In this document: positions 12,700 to 25,256 of the stretch, piece by piece | Layout of the letters: each line of letters opens with the position of its first letter | Position numbering within the stretch: the stretch's first letter is position 1 | Assembly: GCA_034780895.1 (NCBI GenBank) | Contig: JAUZTB010000074.1 | Span: 18,580,956 to 18,644,955, forward strand | Source: Rhynchobatus australiae | Taxonomy: Eukaryota | Length of the DNA: 64,000 bases | Reading direction: 5' to 3' | Made by a program: the position numbers and the translations under genes | Notes under the pieces: model-generated | What the model saw: the letters and a program-made list of their open reading frames with translations, nothing else | The model's database searches: none | What the model was told of the DNA's origin: nothing

Positions 12700-13000
12700 T
12701 GTTCTTTCTCGATGAATGTGACAGAGTGATAAAACCTGTTTGTGTGTCAGCTTGAAACTTTAATTGACACTAGCCCCTAAACAGCTCACCCTGACAAAAG
12801 CCATAGCTGCTGACAATTTATGAATTTCTTCAAATCTATCATGCTAACAAAAACGTAAAACTTGTTCGGACGAGATAAATTACCAGTAAATTTCACATCA
12901 GCAGTCAACTGTCCAGACAGTTAATAAATCACAAGGCCTTCTTTAAACACTTACATTGAAACCCTCTCTTCTTCTGCATGTCATGTATGTACAGGGATAA
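12700..13000. promoter_or_regulatory. Candidate conserved non-coding enhancer (TALE/Hox motifs)
   Basis: Repeat-free, with several TGACA sites, TGACAATTTATGA (12811-12823) and TGATTTATTA on the minus strand (12922-12931). Conservation is untested. Confidence 0.4.
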
Positions 13001-16000
13001 GCAAATCTTTTCAAACTGTCTCTTCTTGTCATGGCATTTGTACAACTTTTAAACAAAGTGTACTAATTTACCAATATCTTTTAGTGAATTATAAATGTAA
13101 GAAGTGACAAATTGATGCTTTTCAAATCAAGTCATCTGGAAAAAAAGGTAACATTGCACTCATACCTTACAGGACAACAAAAAGCAAATGTTCTTATAGA
13201 CTGATGCTTTTACATTTAAAAACATCTGAATTTTAAAATTATAATTTAAATCCTGTAACATTAAAGATGTTTGATTTTTAATAATGTATATATTTGCAGT
13301 TTTGACATATTGTTTGCATGTTCCTGTCATTACAGGTGCAATAGCTACTTAGATAGACATCCTGAATATTAATTAATTGAGATGTGGCAGAGAATGCAGA
13401 AACCTTAAAGTATATTATGAAAACATTAAATGAATTCAGCATGCAGGTTTAATGATAAAGAGGAAAAGTATTGTTCTATTTCGGCAATGGTCCTTTGAAT
13501 GCTCTTAATAAAAGCTAATCTTGTCACTTTAAGTAAGATTTTGTCATCTTTTATGTCTTGGAGTACTGCATAGTAACTTCTAATGTTTTAAAACAATATA
13601 TTTTACATTCTCAAAATTACAAAGAATTTATCTGAAATATTAGCAATTTTTCAGTCTACAATTACATTCAGTTTTGTTTCTAACACGAGCATTAAAAGCA
13701 AAGGAAGAGGTTCATTTCTGTGGTCTCCCTGTTGACACACAGCATGATCCTTTCTGGTCAGAATCCAAACCCCGGTTTAAGTATTTGAAGCATGCCTGAA
13801 TTTTTCAGTTGTACTCTATTCAGTCACAAGGAGCACAGAAGCTCTGCCAGCTCTTGGCAACTGTGCCAAGATGAACGCAGCCACTAAAAAGCGTGGTTGG
13901 CATATTTAAACACAGGACTCACATTCCACCAGCATTCCCTCAGCCTAAGCCTTTTGGTAATAAAATAAGGCACTAGCTCTCTCATGCCAGGAGTAAGAGA
14001 AAAAAAGCTGGCAATCTATCTGAAACAATGAAATCCAGAATCTAACGACGGCAACCTTACCGCTGACAAATAGAATGCTAATTAGAATTCAGCTATTTTT
14101 TCTCTATGACAGATGAGGGATGCCCCCTATTGACTCTACCAAGCAAGCTGAAGGAAAGGGTCTCAGCTAACATACGCTGCAGATTGCAAATTGCAGCAAA
14201 ACCCGTGCCAAGTCTTCACTCTCACCAGAACCTGGCACCGAATTTTAAATTGCAAGAGAAAAAAAATGTACACTATGAGGAAATATATTTTCCACCATTC
14301 AATTATTCCATCATGGACCTATATGACATAAGAACATTACATCTTCATCTATTCTTCGAAAAACCAAAGTGAAATGAGTTATTTTAACAGTATTCTCTCT
14401 AACGCCACTCTGCATAATATTATCCAATCCAATGTAAATCCTGAGCAGTAACAATAAAGACAAAACTAAGGTATAGAACAATCAGTTCTCTTCTCTATTC
14501 CATGGTACCATATGATATATTCAGGTCATAGCATGGAATAAAAGGCAAGAAAATAAAGAGTTAATTATTTCAATCACTAAAATTAGAATTAAATAACTTA
14601 TAGCATACAGTACTATCATATTTAAAAAATAAGCGCTCCAAATGTAATGTTCTCGTGATTGCTGCGGTTAACTGCCATTGCCAATGTTAGTGCTGTCCAT
14701 AATATTACACAATACTTATTTTTGGAAGGTCATTGGCCGGGCGNNNNNNNNNNNNNNNNNNNNNNNNNNNNNNNNNNNNNNNNNNNNNNNNNNNNNNNNN
14801 NNNNNNNNNNNNNNNNNNNNNNNNNNNNNNNNNNNNNNNNNNNNNNNNNNNNNNNNNNNNNNNNNNNNNNNNNNNNNNNNNNNNNNNNNNNNNNNNNNNN
14901 NNNNNNNNNNNNNNNNNNNNNNNNNNNNNNNNNNNNNNNNNNNNNNNNNNNNNNNNNNNNNNNNNNNNNNNNNNNNNNNNNNNNNNNNNNNNNNNNNNNN
15001 NNNNNNNNNNNNNNNNTGGCTTCTTTTCCAGGCTATCAACCGTAGGTTCCTCCATTTCTAAAGAGCCCCTAGGCTTTAGTTAAGGCTGAGCCATGCAAAG
15101 CACTACCAAGCTCAGTCAGAACTGAGATATGTGTAGGCGGCTGACTTCAGGTTTGCAGCGAACTAATTCTTAGAGAGTATGCTTTGTGCTATTTTACTTC
15201 TGATTAATGAAAGCAAATTGGCACTTATAGCTCCAGACCCAGGCAAGCACAGGACTTAAAATTTTCTGGCTTTTGGAAGGCCGCCTGCATGCAGCCTTAA
15301 TGCTATGGGGCAAACATGTGTGCATTGGTCCATAATATCACATTATACATTTTTCTTGCATGATTACTGGGAGGGATCCTGGCCTGTGGATACCATAAGA
15401 CAATAATGCAGCACACAGCAGGCCCCGTTAATGTCTGTGCTCTATTTGACCTAATAAATGGAATGGAATTGCTAGATTGTAAGAAAAAAATTATTTACAA
15501 TGCAAAAGCTTTTTCCCTTAATATATTTATTACACCCGTGAACCCCCCCAACTTGCCCAGTAAATCAAATAATCACACTTCTTCTCCAAATGGTATTAAT
15601 AGAATTCAGACAGCTTGCAATCTCATTTCCTACATTGCAAGAAATATTTATTTCCCTCATGGACAAAAGTCACAGATTGCAGATGCAGCTGTATAGGTGC
15701 AAATTGCAATATGTGTATGGATATTTACTGAAGGAAATATAAGCAATATACTTTCATTGAGGGAAGCACCAGCTAATCTTGCAGTAGCGTTGATGTGTGG
15801 ATACCTTATCTTTCCAGTGTCTGCCTACTCCATAAAGCCCCTTCTTTCCGCCTAAGTAATGAGAATAATACACAGAAAAATACAAATATTTCCAAAGAAA
15901 CTGTCTGGATTACTTCTGTGAGCCCCAGCCTTTATTAAGCAACCTGAGTTTCATTAAACTTCCAAAATCCGAGGGCAAGAGAAAGTGCAGTAGCACAGTT

Positions 16001-18144
16001 TCTGCTTTCATGAGGATTCTGAGCTGAGCCTTCGAAATGAAAAGCTTCGACATACGGTGACGGACCCAGGGCGGCTGAATGACAGATCTATTTCTCCTGC
16101 TCTCAGATAAGAGTTGGAGGGGCAGTGACACTCTTTTTCCCAAAAACATTGTCACTATCTGACTAGTTCAAGAGCTTTTCATTAGTATCCCCCACTATCT
16201 GAAAAAAAATCCTGCGTTATATTTTTTTCTGTATGAGAAGAACAAAATGTGAAGACTTTGTGTTTTTCACTCCATAGCTGATAGACATGTCTTACATCGA
16301 GAATGAGGCTTTTCCTTTTGTTTATCATGAGAATAAGATGAAAAGGCCCATTGCTATGTCTGAGTGCATAACCACATGGAACATATCTTTCAAAATAATA
16401 GTCATGCGTTTTATATACTTTGAACAAGAAAGGTTCAATCTCTTGCTGTGAGCTATCTTGGCTAATTGTCATATGCAAATGAGAGCAATTACAAAGCTTT
16501 TAGGTGAGGATGACAGCTGAGGTTGTCAGTTGAGTAGGCCTCACCTACCTTGTTGCCATAACAACACAAGAGGATGGAATCAACAGACAAATGGGAAGAA
16601 AAACAAAGTGTNNNNNNNNNNNNNNNNNNNNNNNNNNNNNNNNNNNNNNNNNNNNNNNNNNNNNNNNNNNNNNNNNNNNNNNNNNNNNNNNNNNNNNNNN
16701 NNNNNNNNNNNNNNNNNNNNNNNNNNNNNNNNNNNNNNNNNNNNNNNNNNNAACACCACAGCAGTAAAGCAAAATGCTGCATACGTTCTAAATATAAATT
16801 TTAGTCACAAATGGATATTTTCTATGGCAATTTATTTCACAATTACTCTTGTGGAAGCTTTCATGAATTATATATGAGTTTCGTCTCTGAATTAGGTGTT
16901 ATAAAGCTAAATTACAAGAGGCAGCCAGTAATTGAGGTGCCAGTGACACAGACCTACTGAACTAATCTTCAGCAGTGTCATGTGACCACCTCATAACCAA
17001 TAGCAAATCCCTGCTGTCAAAAACAGGGCAACTGAGAAAATTGATTTCTCATATGAGCAATATTTGATAGCTTTTGAAATCAAAAATTGAAATTAACTAA
17101 CCTAAGCCCCTTCAGTACAAAGAGCAAATTAAAACTGCAACAGCAAGCCTATTGATAGTGAATTTGTAAATGTATTTTCAGCTGCTTCCTCCTTTTCTTG
17201 CTTACTGTGAAGTAACTACACACACAGATTATTTACCCCAAGTGCCGGCTGCACATTGTTACTTGGGTGGAGTACTTGCTGACTACAAGCTATGCAAATA
17301 GAATTTTCTTTCTTCGCTCACTTGGGGTTTCAAGTAAAACAGCAAATTTTATGGTGCATCAAAATAAATTATGGTTCAGCAAAAATAAATCTTGTTCCAC
17401 AAATTTTCAATAATTAAATCCACTGCTTGTTCTAAAAATGACTAATTGGTAGTATTGCAAAACTCAGAAGCAGAAGGAACTGCAGCACCTTGAATGCCTA
17501 AGTTGAGTACTTGAATGTTGTGCCTTGTTAGAAATGCCTTTTGACAATAGTGTGTTTTGAATCATTTACCTTTCGCCAACCAGATATTTTAAACTGCACT
17601 TTCTTTCATAAATACTAGATAGCTGAAAATTGCAAACTCAAAATTAAAGATAGATGGAATATTCTTTTATAAACACAATTCTGGAATTTATTTATGTTTT
17701 GAATGATACAAAACAAATTCAGTCTCTAAAGTTAGTTTGTACAATTGTAATGTTTGAACATTTACTGCATTTGTATAGAATTTGGCTTCTTGCTATTTTA
17801 TGGAAGTGGTAAACTATTAAAATAAGAAAAAAAATGACATACTCCCTTAACACAATCGGACGCAGAAGGCTTCTGTGAAGATACATTAGGAATTCATAGA
17901 TTAAAATGGTGTAATATTATTTTAGAATGATCATTTTGTAATGCCTACATCTAAATAAAAGTATAATAAATGCCAACTTTTTTTTTGAGTATTGACTTCA
18001 GTGATTTCATATAAAAGTAAAACTCATTCTTCTGNNNNNNNNNNNNNNNNNNNNNNNNNNNNNNNNNNNNNNNNNNTGGCTTATTCCTAATATCTATATT
18101 AATATTATTTAAAAGTATACAACTCTGCATTTGGTTTATCCAGT

Positions 18145-18600
18145 GAGTAGCTGTATTACACGTTCAAGAAGGTCTCAGGGTCAATGGCTGGTGTGGTCTG
18201 AGTTCGCTGAGTTAGAATGTAGCAGCAGCGGGTGGATCCCATTTGACTCCAGTGCCTCTGGATTGCAGAAGGTACAAATTGGCCAAGCTTTCTGCAACTG
18301 ACTGCCACCTTGCAACCTTTCTGGAGATTGATGTGTGAAACAAATGAAACTTCACCTGAGAGACAATATAATGCTGGAACTTTATTTTTTCAACACGTGC
18401 TATGCAAAATAAGTCTCAGCTAATTAGCAACATGCAGCTTCTAAAATGAGGAAACTAGTGTCCTCGGCTGTGATGCCCTCTTGGCAAAATAGCCTGCCAA
18501 TCAATGTCAGGGCTCACACATGAAGAGTTGCCACTTGGAACGCATGCAAGGCTGCTGAAGCTGTGCCCCAACTGGGAGGCAATGAGGAAGAGAGTAAATT
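18145..18600 (+). mobile_element. Old tRNA-derived SINE-like repeat
   Basis: Contains tctgagttcgctgagttag, ctcggctgtgatgccctc..aatagcctgcc and ggctcacacatgaagagttgccacttgg, which I recall as an ancient shark SINE body; not verified. Confidence 0.4.
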
Positions 18601-20357
18601 GGCGAAGAAACAAAAGTGGGCACTTAATCTTTAATTAAGTGGGATTTAGGCAACCAAAACAGACTGTAAAACCTGTATTCAGCTGTTCTTCATTGCATTG
18701 TTATAATTTGCTCCTTTACCAGTATCCTGAATTGGTTTCCTTTCGACAAGTCAAAAACCTGTGGTGAGTTGGAGAGAGGTACTATAAGGGATTTAAGCTG
18801 AATGATTTAACTCAGAGGATGACACAACTATGTAAGGTCAAGGTCTTCGTATTCATGTGAAAGAGCCCCAATGTAGCATCCAAGCCTTATTTCATCCACG
18901 TTAATTAAAATTAACTTTACATTATCCATCAAAAGTTAAAATCCTTACACAGATTTGTAATGTGGAACATAGAAGAACATTAGCATTGCAGCAAATATTA
19001 TCGGTTCAAGTCAGTGCCAAAGTTGAAGCAAGCTAATTATTTTCTTCCAGATATTGTTGTCAACTAGTTAACCTCATCTCACTTAGGCTGGGTGAAATTG
19101 GCCATCTCATAATTTTTTTCGGAGCTGTACTGAAGGGCTAGCAGCAGTCGTGTTGCTTTTCTTTTGTAATATTTATAATCAATTATGTGGCAATTTCATC
19201 ATTAGATCATTAGAATATGTCTGTGGCATGCATAAAATGTGACATTTTGGGAATACTGATTTACTCAATATGGGCATATTGCTGAGCTCATTGTTTGAAG
19301 TTCCAGGACAGCAATCACATAAAGAAACACTAGGTGGGAGAGGGTTAATGAGGAGGAGAATAATTGTTCCTTCAAGGGAGTTACCTAGAGTAGCAATTTT
19401 TGTCAATCACAACACACGATGGGAAAACATTGCTTCCACTAGGAAGAGTACTTAGCAGAGCTAATGAGGAGGAAGAAAGCTTCTTCTCTCCAGAGAGTCA
19501 ACTAAGATAGTTTCATGGAGTTAGGGAAGATAGTATCTCTGGTCAGTGCTGGCAGGAAGACTCAGGAGGGAAGCATTTACTCCAATAGATGGTGTAATAA
19601 GATAATCAGTCCTGACAGTCAGGAACAGGAGAAAGAAAGTTAGTCTCTCTGGAGAGCTGTTACGGTGGAGTTGAGGTGAGAGTGTGTATCTCTTCTTCCA
19701 GCGAGAGAAGGTGGGTATGAGCAAATAGGTTGGAGGTCAAGGGGCTTCCAGCACCTCCAAATCTCAAGATAGATATGGTAAACTACAATTATTGGCTGCT
19801 GCAAATAATTTAATCACAAGCTTGTTAACTTGTATTATTTCATGCCAATTGAGAGATTATAGCTAATACTAAAAATAATATGAAGCAGATGTGTGAATGC
19901 GTGTGAGTTATCAACTCATTTAATGTAGGTAATGTGTTAATTTCAAATGGAGCAGACATATATAAGTATATGTAAGCAACTTCAGAAAGGAGGTATTACA
20001 TAGGGAAGAGGTGGAGGAGAGAATTTTGACATTGTCTGAAGCTGTGCAAATCCCCACCCCTGATCAAAGAAGGAACTAAGCAACCATGGAAGTATTGTTT
20101 CCACAGCCAAAACCTTCTCTCGCTCATAACCAGAGCTGGGTGTATTAAGAAGAGAACAATGGAAGAAAATGGGGGGCGGGGGGAGAAAGCATCCAATTAA
20201 AGCAGCAGGATTAAGTTTAACAGCCACAATGGTGATTCCATTTTGTCTAAGACTGTAAAGATTATCTATTACCATCAAATGGTTACTCCCATTTGCTCAA
20301 AGAGATGCTGTGTAGAACGACTTTCTTATGCATGTCTAACAAAGAAAAAAAGAACGG

Positions 20358-20590
20358 TACAGTACAGCACGGTAGTGTAGCAGTTAGCACGACGCTATTA
20401 CGGTGCCAGCGATTGGAGTTTGATTCCTGTTGCTGTCTGTGAGGAGTTTGTATGTTATCCCCTGTCTGCGTGGGTTTCCTCTCACATTTCAAAGACATAC
20501 GGGTAGGTTAGCGTGGGTTTAAATTGGGCAGCGTGGACTCTTTGGGCTGAAAGGCCCTATTACCACGCTGTAAATAAAACTAAAAAAAAT
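20358..20590 (+). mobile_element. V-SINE (HE1-like)
   Basis: tRNA-like head (cacggtagtgtagcagttagc; gtttgattcc), V-domain ggagtttgtatgttatcccctgtctgcgtgggtttcctc, CR1-like tail gggctgaaaggccct and an A-rich end. Confidence 0.85.
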
Positions 20591-21129
20591 TAGATGAAAA
20601 TTTTGCCAATTAGGGAAATATTACAACTTTACCAAAGACGATTTGATGATATTCAATGCACAACCTGTGAATACCTTTGGTCACATTAAGTGAATAATTT
20701 AGTATCTTCACAAAACGCATAGACAATCAAACAACATACAACAATCAGAAATTTGTCACTAACATCAGCCACAATAACCAACAAATGTATGCATTAAAAT
20801 TGCTGCTAATGCCATTTAAATTGCTGGCCTTATTATCATGTGGAGATAAATATGGCCAAAGTTTGAATAGTTTGAATCCTTTTTTCTTGATTATGCTTTG
20901 ATCTGAGTTTTAAAATTTAATTGTTCGGTGGCGTAATGCATGCCTTTTACTAAAGGACAATGGGCAATGTTGATTTTAGACCACAGTGTGAAATATGTGT
21001 ATGTCTTCTCTATCAGAGGAAGAGTCAAACTACCAAAGGAGATTGCTTTTCATTGAAAACAGAAAACTCTGGAAAGGCACAGCAGGCCAGTTCAACCCAT
21101 TACTGAGCTGCATAATAACTTGGATAGAT

Positions 21130-21880
21130 TTGGAATCTCCTTAACCTTGGATGGTATCCTGGGCCCAACCATTTTAAGATATTTCATCAATAACCTTCTC
21201 TTCATGATAAGGTCAGAGCCAGGATCTTTGATGATGATTGTGCAATATTCAATTCCATTCATAGGACCTCTATTTCTGTATGCAACGTATCACGCAAGAG
21301 TTGGGAAGACAAGTAGCAAGCAATGAGCCTCTCCAGCAACACAGAGTTCAACCATCCCTCCTTGGTACTCTAGCTGTGCTGCTGTGGAGTCTTCTACTTT
21401 AATCATCCTGTGGATGTAATTTAACTGGACTCTGCACATCATCACTGAGGCAACATGGAGGGTTAGATATTTTGCAATGAGTGACTAACCTCCATCCACC
21501 CAAAATACTTCCCATCATCAGCAAGGATCAATTCAGGAATGCTATAAAAAATTCTCCACTTGCCTCCCAGCCTTCCAACAATACCAAAGCTGGTCACAAA
21601 TTATACAATCTGGAAAGACAAGGGTAGCATGCAAGTAGTAGACACATGGTAAAGGTACAAGCGACAACTTCTCCTCCAAGATACACACCATCCTGATTTG
21701 GAAATATACTGCCTTTCCTTCCACGTCACTAGGTCAAAGCCCTGTAACTGTAGTTAACAGCTGAATGGGAGTATCTTCACCACTAGGGCTGTAACAATTC
21801 AAGCAACCACCTTCTTTGGGACAATGAGGAATGAACGAGTGGGAAAAATGCACACATCTTGTGCGTGAATAGAAAGAAAC
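21130..21880 (+). mobile_element. CR1/L2-group LINE, RT region to 3' end, decayed
   Basis: DGILGPTILRYFINNL..IRSE then, after a frameshift, IFDDDC correspond to RT motifs QGSVLGPxxF and FADD; ends cacatcttgtgcgtgaatagaaagaaa. Confidence 0.8.
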
Positions 21881-24099
21881 TAGCTGAGTATACAACCATC
21901 AATAAAGCACAAGGATGTCTTTAGGGAACTGACTGGTTTCCCTTGCTATCAATGTCAACTTGAGGCAGTTCCAGAATGGGTGCAAGACTGTGCCATTAGT
22001 TTTGAGATTCAGCTATGAGCTGAAAACAACTTTGATGACTAGTTGCAGAATGGTCCGGATCTTTCACTGAAATAATTCACAATTGCCTCCCTGCTAAATC
22101 TATTCTCACCTGGAACTGGTCCCCGGCACAGTCTTCCACAGGTGAGCCAGCCTGGAGATACTCACTGAAGACAGTGCAGGATCTTTCCACACATCACTGC
22201 TATCAAAAGGTGGGACCTGAATTCCTTTGACATCCAGCTAAGCCATGCCCCACTGACTTCACATCTGCAACTGGTCAAATATATTGTACATTTGAGACAA
22301 ATGTTCACAAACATTTAATAATCATCTAAAATATAAAACATACTCAAAAATGTTCAAAATAATTAAAAGTTCAAAAAGTAAAGAAGAGAGAAGTCAGATC
22401 ACTAGATAACTGGAAATCAATCAAGAACAATTCAATATATTTAAATCAACCCAATCAAATATATAAAAACATTTCATAGTCACCCTTCTTCCTTGTAGCT
22501 GTTCCTTACTGTCCAAAGCAATGGGCACAGTGTTTTTCTGTTAAGTTAAACCTGGCATAGTAATAGTGTGCGGATCTCCCACTGTAAGTATCTGTGGAAA
22601 TTTCCCCTCAGGTGATGGGCTCCATAACAAAGTGTAGAGATCCACCCATGTTGAGCAACTGAGGTGAAACTGGAGCTACTGTATTTCCATGGGAATCCCT
22701 AGGTTGTACTTGTAAAGATCTACAATTCCAGGCAGCATTGCTGACATTTTTTTCATAAGAAGCTCTATGTCTGCGTAATGGATTGGCTTATTTTTTGGAT
22801 ATCTGTCAAAAGTATCTGGCACACCCTGTGCACATATTATTATTGCAGTCTTTCAACGCAGATTTGTTATTAAAATCCCTTTCAGAGTCCATTTCCCCAT
22901 TTTAACCATCCTAACCTTGGAGTCCCTTTTAATCTGACAAATGTCATGCAGTTTGTTGAGCTACCCACTCTTAAAAAGTGAACAGCCATGCAGACAAGAG
23001 CAGATCAGAGAAATGACTACTTTTTTAGGTTCTTACTATTGTGTTAACGTTCCTAAATAAATGACTTGATTCAAAACTATAAAAAAGACTCTTCTAAAAT
23101 TGAACCTTGTTATACACAAGCTAGTGAAATTGTCAAAATGTAACAAAAATGGAAATCAACAAATTTGGAGCAGGATAGGGCAGTGTGTTGAGGTAAATGA
23201 AAGAAGTGAAAAGGGACTTGTATAAATTTTACGAGACAGGTTTGAAGGGATTAAAGCATAAGCCTAAAGGTCAGTGCTGCTCATGTGTGACTGTACTCAA
23301 AGAGGATAATGACTGAGGAATTCACAACTAAACTAGGTGTGCTTTGTAATATTTAGGATAGATGTGGCTGCCTAAGGTCCAGTTCAAATAGTACAAAGTA
23401 TTTTTATAGACTAATAATAAACTGTGACTGTGACAAATTCCCTTTGTACTCTTTTGATCTCTCACTGAATCTACCTAATTGCTTAACCTTATACAAGATA
23501 GGGTACAAGTAAACTAATGCAGTGAAATTATTGATTTTTATGGATTGAGACATTTTAATGCAGTCTCATTTGGGGGGCAATAATATTTCAGCAACAGAAC
23601 TTACAGCAATACATATTAACGTTTAGAAACTAAGCACAAAGTCATGGTTCAAACATTATGGAGATTCTGCCACATTTGTGCTCAGAAAATAACCTGGGTC
23701 ATGTTTTGAAAGGCTGGGGAATTAAGCGTATGAGAGAATTAAAAGGGTATCTACAATTTATTCAAGTCCCATGCATCTTTCACATCCATCAAATTCTTGC
23801 ATGACAAATCTCCCCTTATAAAATTGTTTGTGCTCATACTCAAGTGTAAATATTATCCACATCTCAGCACTGGAAAATAGTCAGTGGTTCAATTTAACAG
23901 CAAAAGTCCCATATTAAACAAAGTAAAGCTTAGACAAAAGGGCAATCTTCTTGCTATGGCCTACCCCTACACAGACAGCTGGTTCTGTCCATTTCTCCAG
24001 TGAACCATTTGTAGTGCAGTTGGTCACATGCTACAATTCTTGAAGAGAGATACATCAATTGCATGAGCCACACATTTTACATCTCTCCTTTGACAGTGA

Positions 24100-24545
24100 A
24101 ATCCAAACATGAAAAATAACTGCCCAGTGTCTCTGCACTCTATCTTGTCATGAAATCTGCTAGACACTTGGGATGATGAAGTGTCCTTCTACAGGTGGTC
24201 CAAACTCGTTGCAGTTCTTTTGGGGCCAAATAGAGTTCTCATTCCTCATGGTTAGTCCTGGATCATTCAATATTTCCAAATCTGCTTTGTTAGAGTGAGA
24301 GCCCACCCAATACCACAATGCATCCTTCATGTGACTCATGCATCTTAACTTCCTGACACAGTGGCTGTTCCTCCCATAAGGAGTTCTCTCAGCTGTCATG
24401 ACCTCATATGATCTGGGATGTGATGTGTGTTGAGTCATCACTGCCTCTGTCATGCCTGGTGTCAGTCTGGGGTGGGCTTCATGCTCAGCTTGTCTCTCTA
24501 ACTATGAGCAGTGGTATACACTTATCAAATAGCCTCCTCAGTCTT
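24100..24545 (-). mobile_element. Gypsy LTR-retrotransposon pol C-terminal fossil
   Basis: The minus ORF contains AVMTQHTSHPRSYEVMTAERTPYGRNSHCVR, matching the PRSY.V.T....YRRNRRHL motif downstream of Gypsy integrase. Confidence 0.7.
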
Positions 24546-24552
24546 CGAGAAG

Positions 24553-25256
24553 AAACACAAAACTGCAGATGCTGGAATCTAGATGAAAAAACAACAGGAT
24601 GCTGGAGGAACTCAGCAGGCCAGGCAGCATCCATGGAGAAAACAGATGGTCAACTTTTTAGGTTAGGACCTTCACCTGATAGGAAAAGGTGAAGCCGAAT
24701 ATATGGGGGGAAGAAACAGAGCAGAGATAGGTGGACAAAAGAGGGGAGACAGGGGAGGCAGGGTGGGCACAAGGTGGTTATAGGTAGATGCAGGTAAGAT
24801 ATAGTGTTAGACAGATGTGGGGGAAGAGGGGAGAGCAGATCCACCAGGGATGGGTCAAAGGTAAGGAGGCAGGTGCCCCATAAGGGGAGAGGAAGAGAGA
24901 AAAAAAGGTGAGGAGAAAAAAGAGGCTAGGAAAGGGAAGAAAAGAAGAGGCATGGTGGGGTGGGGGCATTTGGTTCCTCCTCACCTGCCTCCATAACTTT
25001 GACCCATTGCTTGGTGGATCTGCTCCTCCTTCCTCCCTATCACTATCTCTTACCTATCACTACCTTGTCCCCATCCTGCTTCCCCTCTTTTCTCCGCCTA
25101 TCACTGTTCCGTTTTCCCCCTCTATATATTGGGCTTCACCTTTTCCTATCTTCAGTCCTGAAGAAGGGTCCTGATCCGGAACATTGACCGTTTGTTTTTC
25201 TCCATGGATGCTGCCTGGCCTGCTGAGTTCCTCCAGTATCCTGTTGTCTTTTCATC
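24553..25256. mobile_element. PLE-derived foldback element (inverted arms ~24582-24875 and 24982-25256)
   Basis: The left arm acaacaggatgctggaggaactcagcaggccaggcagcatccatggagaaaac pairs with the right arm gtttttctccatggatgctgcctggcctgctgagttcctccagtatcctgttgt. Inner matches include agcagatccacca/tggtggatctgct and tgggtcaaag/ctttgaccca. A hammerhead-like motif lies at 25154-25188. Confidence 0.85.

Noticed and set aside
17344-17390. Imperfect ~20-bp tandem repeat containing TTATGG twice
   Set aside because: Only two AT-rich units; not distinguishable from slippage without conservation data.
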